Shown here: positions 1 to 9,700 of the stretch, in pieces
Position numbering within the stretch: position 1 is the stretch's first letter
How the letters are laid out: each line of letters begins with the position of its first letter
Source of the DNA: a bacterium
Lineage (GTDB): Bacteria > Zhuqueibacterota > Zhuqueibacteria > Residuimicrobiales > Krinioviventaceae
Assembly (NCBI GenBank): GCA_963675755.2
Contig: CAXXMD010000003.1
Coordinates: 2,432,001-2,496,000, forward strand
DNA length: 64,000 nt
Reading direction: 5' to 3'
Made by a program: the position numbers and the translations under genes
The notes under the pieces: model-generated
The model's input: only the letters and a program-made list of their open reading frames with translations
The model's database searches: none
What the model was told of the DNA's origin: nothing

Positions 1-2
1 TT

Positions 3-3000
3 GGCACGGTTGATACCGGCTCAAATAATGCACTGTTGTTTGCTATTGAAAATGAAGGTTCAGCAGATTTGGCGTTAAGCGGATCTCCACTGGTTGTTGT
101 TGGCGGTACAAACGCATCAGAATTTACAGTTACCTCCATGCCAACCACACCCATTGCTTCCGGTGGCGGCAAGGTATATTTTGAAGTGACTTTTGCGCCC
201 ACTGGTGGCGGCTCGCGCACAGCTACGCTTAGTATAGCAAACAATGATGATGATGAAAATCCATATAATTTTACAATTGGCGGAACAGGAAATGTTACTG
301 CCATACCTGAAATTGATATCCGGGGCAATGGAATATCCATTTCCTCCGGTGATACCAGCCCCGATGCTGGTGATAACACGTTATTTGGCAGTACTGATAT
401 TCAGGGTGGTACAATTAGCAAAACATTTGTTGTTCATAATACCGGTAATGCGTCATTGACTGTGAGCAGTGTTTCCCTGTCAGGTCCGAATGCAGGAGAA
501 TTCAGTATTGAAACGGATCCCTCCGGAAGTATTGATGCGGGTAGTACCGCCAACCTTGTTGTGGAATTTGATCCTGCGACGGTAGGAACCAAAACTGCTC
601 AGGTCACGGTTAACAATAACGATGGCGATGAAAGCAGTTATATTTTTACAATACGCGGAACTGGTGAAACCAATCCTGAAATTGCGGTAACCGGTAACGG
701 CAACGCGGTTGATGACGGTTCCATTACTCCTTTGAGCACAAACAATACTCTGTTTGGTTCTTTTGATATTCAGGGTGAAAGTGATAGTAAAACCTATGTT
801 GTTAATAACAGCGGTTCAGGAACATTGACCATCAGTAGTGTTACCTTGGGTGGCACAAATGCCGGTGATTTTAGTATTTCCACCAATCCCACCGGAACAA
901 TAGCTTCAGGTGGAAATGCGAACCTGGTAATCAAGTTTGATCCTTTAGTCGCAGGCACCCGCAATGCAACTGTAACCATTGCAAGTGATGATGCTGATGA
1001 AAATCCCTATACCTTTGCAATTCAGGGTACAGGCGAAACGAACCCCGAAATTGACATGACCGGTGATGGAAATTCCATCGTTAGTGGCGATACCACTCCC
1101 TCAAGTACAGATGGAACCTTGTTCCCCACCATTGATGTGGATGCCAGTACTGCTACACGTACATTTGTAATAAACAATCCCGGTTCAGGTGTCCTGACGG
1201 TTAGCAGTGTAATAATTACAGGTAACCATGCCGATGATTTTAGTATAACTGTAGATCCTACTGGTGCCGTAGCTGCAGGATCTACAGCGGATTTGGGAAT
1301 TACATTCAATCCCTCAGCAGTTGGCGAACGCAATGCGACCGTATCCATCACTTCAGATGATGCGAATGAGGGAACATATACCTTTGCAATTCGTGGAACC
1401 GGTGAAGTGAATCCTGAAATTGCGGTTACCGGTAACAGTAACGCAATTGCAGATGGTTCTACCACACCTGCAAGCGAAAACAATACCTTGTTTGGCTCTT
1501 TGGACATTCAGGGCGGCAATGAAAGCAAAACCTATGTAATCAATAACAGTGGATCAGGAACATTGAATATCAGCAGTGTTACCCTGGGTGGCACAAATGC
1601 TGGTGATTTTAGTATTACCACAAATCCCACCGGAGCCGTAGCATCAGGTGGAAATGCAAATCTGGTAATCAAGTTTGATCCTTCAGCGGCAGGCACTCGC
1701 AATGCAACCGTTTCGATTGCAAGTGATGATGCTGATGAAAATCCATATACTTTTGCCATCCGTGGTACAGGTGAAACCAATCCTGAAATTGACATGACCG
1801 GTGATGGCAATCCCATTGTTAGTGGAGATACCACTCCCTCAAGTGCAGACGGAACCTTGTTCCCCACTATTGACGTGGATGACAGTACCTCTATTAAAAC
1901 ATTTGTTATTAATAATACCGGCTCTGGCGTTTTGAATGTTACCAATGTTCAAATTACTGGTGACAATGCCGGTGATTTTAGTGTAACAGTTGATCCTACT
2001 GGCACAGTAGCTGCCGGTTCAACCGCAGATTTGGAAATCACCTTTGATCCTTCAGCTGCTGGCGAACGCAATGCTACCGTAACTATTACAACCGATGACG
2101 CGAATGAAAGTACATATACTTTTGCAATTCGTGGTGGCGGTTATGTTACTTCTGTCGAGTTTACAATGACTACCAATTATCAGGATTCCCCAAGCGCACC
2201 CGGAGAGTCATTGGCATTGGGTTCTGCTGTAAATTGGACCTATATCGTAAAAAATACCGGTTCGGTTACGCTTACAGATATTCAGGTTGTTGACGATACC
2301 CTGGGTACTGTGGGTACCATAGCTTCACTTGCAGCAGGTGCAACCGATTCTTTGACCGCTTCTGGTAATGCAATCAGTGGTTTATATGCAGGCGGTGCTT
2401 CTTTTACTACCACTTTTAATGGCAAAGAGGTTGCCGGTTCTGATGCTTCTTATTATTCCGGTATTGTTTCCACAATTTCCGGTCTGGTCTGGCATGATAA
2501 AAATCGTGACGGTATTCAAGACGCAGGTGAAACCGGTATCGAGAATGTTAGTGTGAACATCTATGATGACGGCAGCAGTCTTGTCACATCTGATACCACA
2601 GACGCTGATGGTAACTATACCCTGACCGAACTGGAACCTGGTGATTACACGGTAGAATTTAACGACTTGACTGCTCATTTTGTATTCAGCCCCAAAGATC
2701 AGGGCGGCGATGATGCTAAAGACAGTGATGTAAATATAGAAACCGGAATAACCGATGTGGTAACCCTTGCAATGGGTGAGGTCCAAACCACCACAGACGC
2801 GGGTATTTATTATCCCGCAACCAAGGTAGCCGGATTTGTCTGGAACGATCTGAACCGTGACGGAAAACAACAGCACGAAGAACCGGGTGTAGAGAGTGTT
2901 GTTGTAACGCTGTATGACTCGCTGAATGTTGTTGTGGGTACATATGTACTTACCGACGCGGAAGGAAAATATGAATTTAATACATTGGATTTTGGTACGT

Positions 3001-6000
3001 ATTCGGTAGGTTTTGCAGATATTCCTGCCAACTTTGCCTTTACCACCAAAGATCTTGGTAATGAAGATGAAATCGATAGTGACGCGGACCACTTTACCGG
3101 AATTACAGATCCCTTTTTCATGCTTCCGGGCGACAGCTCGATGCATGTAGATGCCGGACTGATCGAGATGACCGGTGTAGTCAGCGGCTCTGTATTTATG
3201 GATGAAAATGGCAATGGTCAACAAGATGAAGAAGAAAGTGCTCTGGCTGGTAGCAAAGTACTATTAATGGGCGTAAGCACTGACAGTACATTCAGTAATG
3301 AGCAAGGCGGATACGAGTTTGCCGGCGTTCCCGCGGGCAGCTATAAAGTAACTGTGAAAAACGATTCCCTTGCTACATTCTATGCCACAACCACGGGCGG
3401 CGATACACTTTCCGTTGTTGTTGAAGAAGGTGGTAGTGTTACCAATGTAAACTTTGGTTATGAAAAAATATCAGGCTCTATTCAGGTTGTATTGTTTAAT
3501 GATGACAACCGTGATGGCTTGTTAAGCGACGGCGAAGCGTTGCTGCCTGATGTACAGGTGGTACTGGGTGATTTTACCGGTGCGGAACTGAACAGTTTGT
3601 CAACAGACGCAGACGGCAGTGTTGTCTTTCCGGATCTGGATTCAGGTGTATACCTGGTATCCATCAATACCAAAGATTCTGATCTTCCGGAAGCCTACTG
3701 GCCAACCGTAGCAGACAATCCTTTTTATGTAACACTGACACTTGAAGATCCTCAGGTGAGCACCCAGGTGGGTTTGAACACCATGAGCTCAAACGGTGGA
3801 ATTATTGGCGACTTTGTATGGCACGATTCAAACTGGAACCGAATTCCCGAAGGTGACGAAGAAAACCTGCCATACGTAATGATCTATCTGTACAGACTGA
3901 TCAATCCCTCAAGCGCGCGAGTAGGTCTTGACGGTAATATTATTCAGGAAAAAGTACTGGTAGATAGTGTACGCACCAACTATTTTGGTAATTATTACTT
4001 TACGGATGTAGAACCCGGCGAGTATTTTGTAAAAGCGCATGAGATCCAGTATACGCAGGATAAAGAATGGATGATCACATCCCGTGACTCTATGTATGTA
4101 GAGATCGGCGGTACAGATGTGAAACTGGACGCGGACTTTGGTTTTGCCGAAGAAAGCGAAGCGGAAACCGGAACCATCAAAGGCTTTGTATTTAACGATC
4201 TGGATTCAGACAGAGCATACACAGATGGCGAACCGGGCCTTGCCGGAATCAGCGTGGAATTGTATAAAAAGAAAACACTGGTGGAAAGCGCGGTAACTGA
4301 CGGAGACGGCAACGTAACCTTTAGTGATGTATTCCCCGGTGATTATAAATTAAGTGTAGACGGTGAATCTCTGCCATTGAATTACGCGGTAACCACCAAC
4401 AATGATCCTGAAGCACTGTTCCTTGCAGGCTCCAGCGAATATGTTGGTCAGGGCTTTGGCGTGGCAGAAGAAGCTGACTGGGGCAAAACCCCGAACCGTA
4501 TCATTGCGGCATACCAGAGTGGATATGACGCGGATGGCCGTTACTGGTCACAAGACAATCTTGGCGGCACAGCTGACACCAGCTTAGTAGGCCAGTACAG
4601 CAGTGACGATGTAGATGTAATGGACTATCACATCCTTCAAGCCTGGGCTAGCGGTATTGACGGCTTTGCAGTGAACTGGTACGGCTGGTACTCGTGGGAA
4701 AATCAAGGCGTAAAATCTCTGCTTGACCGCGCGGAACTGTTGAATGAAGCATATGGCGACAAGGGATTCCATTTTGAGATCGCTGCCGCTATGAATGAAA
4801 ACGCAAACGGTACACTGGATTCTAACCTGACCTATATCGCAGATTCTCTGCTTGCTCACAAAGCATATTGGGGAACCGAGCGTGCGGTAAAACGTCCGGT
4901 ATTCATCAACAACCAGGAAGAAGCTCTGCTGCTTCCACAGGCAATCAAGGCCTGCGCGGATACCACCATGCCTATGGATATTATGCTGGTATTTAACGGT
5001 GCTTATGATGATTCCGTAGAATATATGGATGTTATGTATCCGTCATTGCAAACGGACCGTTATCCCTGGATGACCGGTGCACAGTTTGACGAAGCCTTTT
5101 TGGATACAGTTTATACACGCCTGGGCCAGATGGAACAGGCAGACCGCTCCGCCTTTACCGTGGGTGGTGTATGGCCGGGTTACGATGATCGTAACTGGGT
5201 AGAAGGACAGAACCAGTATGTAGATGCAGCGGACACTACCGTGTTTGGCGCAAGCTGGCGCAAGATCCTTGAATATGAAGAACAATACTCGATCCCCTGG
5301 ACCATGGTACAGTCATGGAACGATTACAATCGCGGCACAGCCATTGAACCGGGATTCGGATACAACTATAACTATAATGTATTGACCCGTGATTACGCGC
5401 GTCTTTACAAAGATCCTCTGGTACCTGTAGATTCTGTAGGTGTTGCAGATATGGGTATGTTGGTACCGAGATACATTTACATGGCCAGACTGGCCGCCAA
5501 GGTACATCCTGAAAACGCTTCTGCAATTGAGACACAGGTTGCCCAGGCATACAGCCAGTTCTTTGACCGTGATTATGAAACCGCCATAACCACCGCAAAC
5601 CAGGCAGCGGGCCTGGTACCGCCGGCAAATATTGACGCGGTTGTGGAAAACACCAGCATCACAGTAAGCTGGGACGCGGTAGCAACTGCAAATACCTATT
5701 ACGTACATGTCAGCAAAGACAGCGCAAGTTATATTCCCTGTGCTTTTGAAACCGCAGACATGATCAACGCGGGTAATGTAACCAGTTTTACGTTGAGTGA
5801 ACTTGAACCCAACACAAAGTACTATATCGCTGTAACCTCAGGCGACAGTACCCTGGGTCGGTTCATGGACAGCTGGTACCAGCATGCAGGCGGCGATGCC
5901 AGCATAACCTCCGCGACCACCGGTGAAGAAATTACAACCGGCATCGCAGATGGTGAGAACGCATTGCCAAAATCCTTTGCGCTGGACCAGAACTATCCCA

Positions 6001-6233
6001 ATCCGTTCAACCCGAGAACGACCATCCAGTATGCTTTGCCCAAGAAACAGCATGTTTCCATCAAGCTGTATAACACTCTGGGACAGCAGGTGATGACACT
6101 GGTGGATCACGAACACAGTGCGGGATATTACAACGTACAACTAGACGGTTCCAGTTTGGGAAGCGGCATCTATTTCTATCGCATTATCAGCGAAGACTTT
6201 ACCGCCACCCGCAAGCTGTTACTTGTAAAATAG
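3..6233 (+). CDS. Giant secreted/surface protein, 5'-truncated by the window: at least 6 ASH/choice-of-anchor-D Ig repeats, SdrD-B repeats, GH99-like domain, FN3, T9SS-type/FlgD-Ig C-terminal tail
   Basis: Frame is open from base 3 (GTVDTGSNNALLFAIE, identical to the paralog). ~123-aa PEI...NTG...FDP...F.I.G.G repeats; GxVWxDxNxDGxQD SdrD-B motifs; HILQAWASGIDGFAVNWYG; FALDQNYPNPFNP...SGIYFYRI...KLLLVK tail. Confidence 0.85.
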   Translation, partial: GTVDTGSNNALLFAIENEGSADLALSGSPLVVVGGTNASEFTVTSMPTTPIASGGGKVYFEVTFAPTGGGSRTATLSIANNDDDENPYNFTIGGTGNVTAIPEIDIRGNGISISSGDTSPDAGDNTLFGSTDIQGGTISKTFVVHNTGNASLTVSSVSLSGPNAGEFSIETDPSGSIDAGSTANLVVEFDPATVGTKTAQVTVNNNDGDESSYIFTIRGTGETNPEIAVTGNGNAVDDGSITPLSTNNTLFGSFDIQGESDSKTYVVNNSGSGTLTISSVTLGGTNAGDFSISTNPTGTIASGGNANLVIKFDPLVAGTRNATVTIASDDADENPYTFAIQGTGETNPEIDMTGDGNSIVSGDTTPSSTDGTLFPTIDVDASTATRTFVINNPGSGVLTVSSVIITGNHADDFSITVDPTGAVAAGSTADLGITFNPSAVGERNATVSITSDDANEGTYTFAIRGTGEVNPEIAVTGNSNAIADGSTTPASENNTLFGSLDIQGGNESKTYVINNSGSGTLNISSVTLGGTNAGDFSITTNPTGAVASGGNANLVIKFDPSAAGTRNATVSIASDDADENPYTFAIRGTGETNPEIDMTGDGNPIVSGDTTPSSADGTLFPTIDVDDSTSIKTFVINNTGSGVLNVTNVQITGDNAGDFSVTVDPTGTVAAGSTADLEITFDPSAAGERNATVTITTDDANESTYTFAIRGGGYVTSVEFTMTTNYQDSPSAPGESLALGSAVNWTYIVKNTGSVTLTDIQVVDDTLGTVGTIASLAAGATDSLTASGNAISGLYAGGASFTTTFNGKEVAGSDASYYSGIVSTISGLVWHDKNRDGIQDAGETGIENVSVNIYDDGSSLVTSDTTDADGNYTLTELEPGDYTVEFNDLTAHFVFSPKDQGGDDAKDSDVNIETGITDVVTLAMGEVQTTTDAGIYYPATKVAGFVWNDLNRDGKQQHEEPGVESVVVTLYDSLNVVVGTYVLTDAEGKYEFNTLDFGTYSVGFADIPANFAFTTKDLGNEDEIDSDADHFTGITDPFFMLPGDSSMHVDAGLIEMTGVVSGSVFMDENGNGQQDEEESALAGSKVLLMGVSTDSTFSNEQGGYEFAGVPAGSYKVTVKNDSLATFYATTTGGDTLSVVVEEGGSVTNVNFGYEKISGSIQVVLFNDDNRDGLLSDGEALLPDVQVVLGDFTGAELNSLSTDADGSVVFPDLDSGVYLVSINTKDSDLPEAYWPTVADNPFYVTLTLEDPQVSTQVGLNTMSSNGGIIGDFVWHDSNWNRIPEGDEENLPYVMIYLYRLINPSSARVGLDGNIIQEKVLVDSVRTNYFGNYYFTDVEPGEYFVKAHEIQYTQDKEWMITSRDSMYVEIGGTDVKLDADFGFAEESEAETGTIKGFVFNDLDSDRAYTDGEPGLAGISVELYKKKTLVESAVTDGDGNVTFSDVFPGDYKLSVDGESLPLNYAVTTNNDPEALFLAGSSEYVGQGFGVAEEADWGKTPNRIIAAYQSGYDADGRYWSQDNLGGTADTSLVGQYSSDDVDVMDYHILQAWASGIDGFAVNWYGWYSWENQGVKSLLDRAELLNEAYGDKGFHFEIAAAMNENANGTLDSNLTYIADSLLAHKAYWGTERAVKRPVFINNQEEALLLPQAIKACADTTMPMDIMLVFNGAYDDSVEYMDVMYPSLQTDRYPWMTGAQFDEAFLDTVYTRLGQMEQADRSAFTVGGVWPGYDDRNWVEGQNQYVDAADTTVFGASWRKILEYEEQYSIPWTMVQSWNDYNRGTAIEPGFGYNYNYNVLTRDYARLYKDPLVPVDSVGVADMGMLVPRYIYMARLAAKVHPENASAIETQVAQAYSQFFDRDYETAITTANQAAGLVPPANIDAVVENTSITVSWDAVATANTYYVHVSKDSASYIPCAFETADMINAGNVTSFTLSELEPNTKYYIAVTSGDSTLGRFMDSWYQHAGGDASITSATTGEEITTGIADGENALPKSFALDQNYPNPFNPRTTIQYALPKKQHVSIKLYNTLGQQVMTLVDHEHSAGYYNVQLDGSSLGSGIYFYRIISEDFTATRKLLLVK
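678..2150 (+). repeat. Intragenic tandem duplication of a 738-bp (two Ig-domain) unit
   Basis: GAAATTGCGGT at 678 and 1416 (offset 738). Domains alternate EIAVTGN / EIDMTGD / EIAVTGN / EIDMTGD. Confidence 0.85.
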
Positions 6234-6258
6234 AGACCCATTTACCACCTCATATAAT

Positions 6259-6299
6259 AAAGCCCTTGGTTGGATTCAGCCAAGGGCTTTATTTTTTTT
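6259..6299 (+). terminator. Intrinsic terminator
   Basis: AAAGCCCTTGGTTG-GATT-CAGCCAAGGGCTTT followed by a T-rich tract. Confidence 0.85.
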
Positions 6300-6452
6300 C
6301 TCCAAAAGGGGAAAAATTACCCAAATTTTGTTTTCATAAAAATTTTTTTGTTTTTAATGCTTTTGTTTTTTTTGTGTATACCACCTAAGTTCTTAAAAAA
6401 CAATTTTAATTTTTAATAATTTTAACTGGTATTGAACTGGATTTTGTGTTTT

Positions 6453-6468
6453 TGGCATTGATTTTGAA
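6453..6468 (+). promoter_or_regulatory. Possible sigma54-like -24/-12 promoter (variant)
   Basis: TGGCAT-TGATT-TTGAA: spacing is correct but -12 is GA instead of GC. Confidence 0.3.
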
Positions 6469-6745
6469 AACAATATTACATCAAAAATTAGCAACATTCA
6501 GTTAAAACCACCCCCGGGATGAATGTTGTTTCTAAAATATTATTTGCCAAACTATAGTAGTATGATACGGGAGAGAAAGATACGATGAGCTTGAAAAGGC
6601 AACCTGCAGTAATTTTAATAAATTCATTTATAAACAAAATCTAAACAACTTTGCAAAAATATGATGCGTTTGGTGTAATCTGGATGCTATAGATATTTTT
6701 GTGATTACTTGTTTTTTTAATTAATACTTAACCGAGGAGGGTTCT

Positions 6746-9700
6746 GTGAACCAAAACAGAAAACGTTACAACTATTTAAATCTCTGGACATTTTTTCTGG
6801 TCTTATTCATGATCGGTGGATTTGTTCAAACCTCTGCATATGCATATGATGCAGAGGGCGATGGTGATTATGTTCCACCAGGAAAGATCGAGTTTATTGG
6901 CTCGAGTATTTCCACAAAAGAATATCGTATGACCCCTGCTGACAATGGGATGCCGAAAACCGAAGGCGCCACTTATATGCAGGACACGGACAATGAAAAT
7001 AACAGCCTCACCGGAACTTCGGATGGAGATATGGATACTTATCCTACTCGATTGGATAATACAAGTTCTAATCATCCCATCGAGTTCAATATTTTTATGA
7101 CAGGTGCATTGCCTACAGAAAATGCGGTTCTAACTGTTTATGGATATGATGTTGATGAAGAACAGGGAGAAGTGAACCATGTTTATTTTAATGGTCACTT
7201 TTGCGGCCAAATGACCGGTGCGGATGGCGTCTGGAACACGACTACATTCATACTGGATAAATCCTGGGTGCAATCCGGCAAAAACCTGGTGCAGTATTAC
7301 ATTGATGTTAATAATCCTGGTGCGGCTAGTTGGCTTTCGGCTGTTGACTGGGGCCAGCTGGTTATTGATGGAGGTGTTCGTGGAGAAGCTGATGTGGACC
7401 AAATCGAATACCTGAGCGATAGCATTGGCAGTAGCACAGTTACTGTGAATGCCAGAGTACCGGTAGAGATTTTGGTGCCCGGTAATTTTAGAATAGAGCT
7501 CAATTTTAAAGACCCGAACGGTAATGTGATCGGTTCGATTTCCAGAGATTTTGTTGGCAGCAGTGTGGGCGAGATCGTGAACCAGGATTATGCGCTCACA
7601 TATAACAAATCCTCCGCTACCGGTACCTATACTGTGGAAGCGATTATCTTTGAAACCGATGGCAATACCCTGCAGGTGTTCAAGACCATGGGATTTGAAC
7701 ATACTTCAGGCACTGGTCCTGTTAGCGCGCCTGAAATGGCCGTGAAAGGTCAGGGTATTGAAATTGCAGATGGTAGTAGTACTATTTCTACTAGTAATAA
7801 TACTGATTTTGGCACTGTAGATACCGGTTCAAACAATGCACTGTTGTTTGCCATTGAGAATGAAGGATCAGCAGATCTGGCGTTAAGCGGATCTCCATTG
7901 GTCGTTGTAGGTGGGACAAACGCTTCCGACTTTACAGTAACTTCAATGCCAACTACACCCATCGCATCCGGTGGCGGCAAGGTTTATTTTGAGGTGACCT
8001 TTGCGCCAACAGGTGCCGGCTCGAGAACAGCTACACTCAGTATCGCAAATAATGATGATGATGAAAATCCCTATAATTTTACAATAGGCGGAACCGGAAA
8101 TGTAACCGTAATGCCTGAAATTGATATCCGGGGCAATGGAACATCCATTTCATCCGGTGATATAACCCCTTCATTTAATGATAGCACCCTGTTTGGCATT
8201 GCCGATATTCAAGGTGGAACGATTAGTAAAACGTTTGTCGTACATAATACCGGTGATGCGTCATTGACCGTAAACAGTGTTTCGCTATCAGGCCCGAATC
8301 CAGAAGCTTTCAGTATCGTTACTGATCCTTCCGGTAGTATTGCTGCCGGAAGTTCCGCTAATCTGGTAGTCAAGTTTGATCCCTCTACAACTGGAAACAA
8401 AATGGCCCAGGTAGTGGTTAGCAACAACGATAGTGATGAAAGCAATTATATTTTTTCAATTCAGGGTTACGCTTACCAGGCTTCACTTGATTTTACAATG
8501 ACAACAAATCATGTGGATGCAGCTGATGAACCGGGTACATCTATTGCCCTGGGCGATGTAGTTAATTGGACCTATATTATTACCAATACCGGAACAGAGA
8601 CCCTGTCTGATATAGTGGTAACAGATGATACCTTGGGAACAGTAGGTACCATTGCAACCCTTGCAGCAGGCGCAACCGATTCGTTGACCGCTTCCAGTAA
8701 TGCTGTGAGTGGATTGTATAAAGGCAGTGCATCATTAACTACTACTTTTAATAGTATAGAACTGACAGATAGTGATGTGTCTTATTATACAGGTATCCCT
8801 TCATCTATTGCTGGTCATGTATGGCACGATAAAAATCGTGACGGTATTCAGGACGCAGGCGAAACCGGCATCGAGAATGTTAGTGTGAATATCTATGATG
8901 ACGGCAGCAGTCTTGTCACTTCTGACACTACAGACGCTGATGGTAACTATACACTTACTGAACTGGAACCCGGTGACTATACCTTAGAGTTTTCAGATTT
9001 GACTGCTCACTTTGTTTTCAGTCCCAAAGATCAGGGTGAAGATGATACAGCAGACAGTGATGTTAATATTGAAACAGGTATTACTGATGTTATAACCCTT
9101 GCAATGGGTGAGAACCAAGCCACCACAGACGCGGGTATTTATTATCCCGCAACCAAGGTAGCCGGATTTGTCTGGAACGATTTAAACCGTGACGGTAAAC
9201 AGCAGCACGAAGAACCGGGTGTTAAGGATGTTGTTGTGACTTTGTATGACTCGTTGAGTGTTGTTGTGGGTACCTATGTACTAACCGACGCAGAAGGAAA
9301 GTATGAATTTAACACACTGGATTTTGGTACCTATTCGGTAGGGTTTGCAGATATTCCTGCCAATTTTGCCTTTACTACCAAAGATCTTGGCAATGAAGAC
9401 GAAATAGATAGTGACGCGGACCACTTTACCGGCATTACTGATGCCTTTTTCATGCTGCCGGGCGACAGCTCGATGCATGTAGACGCGGGTTTGATCGAGA
9501 TGACCGGCATAGTTAGTGGATCTGTATTTATGGATGAAAATGGAAATGGTGAAAGAGACGCGGGTGAAAGTCCGGTTGAAGGCACCAAAGTATTGTTATT
9601 GGGCGCAAGCACTGACAGTACATTCAGTAATGAGCAAGGCGGATACGAGTTTGCCGGCGTTCCCGCGGGCAGCTATAAAGTGACCGTGAAAAACGATTCA

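Noticed and set aside
2382-3224. Long antisense and alternative-frame ORFs here and over most genes in the window
   Set aside because: They shadow well-supported genes, have no recognisable motifs, and are not kept intact in the paralogous copy.
6590-6615. c-di-GMP-I riboswitch (GAAAAGGCAACC) upstream of the second giant gene
   Set aside because: The downstream GNRA hairpin and GCAAAG/P2 elements are missing.
6585-6644. 19-codon uORF MSLKRQPAVILINSFINKI
   Set aside because: RBS spacing is poor and there is no distinctive codon content; plausible by chance.
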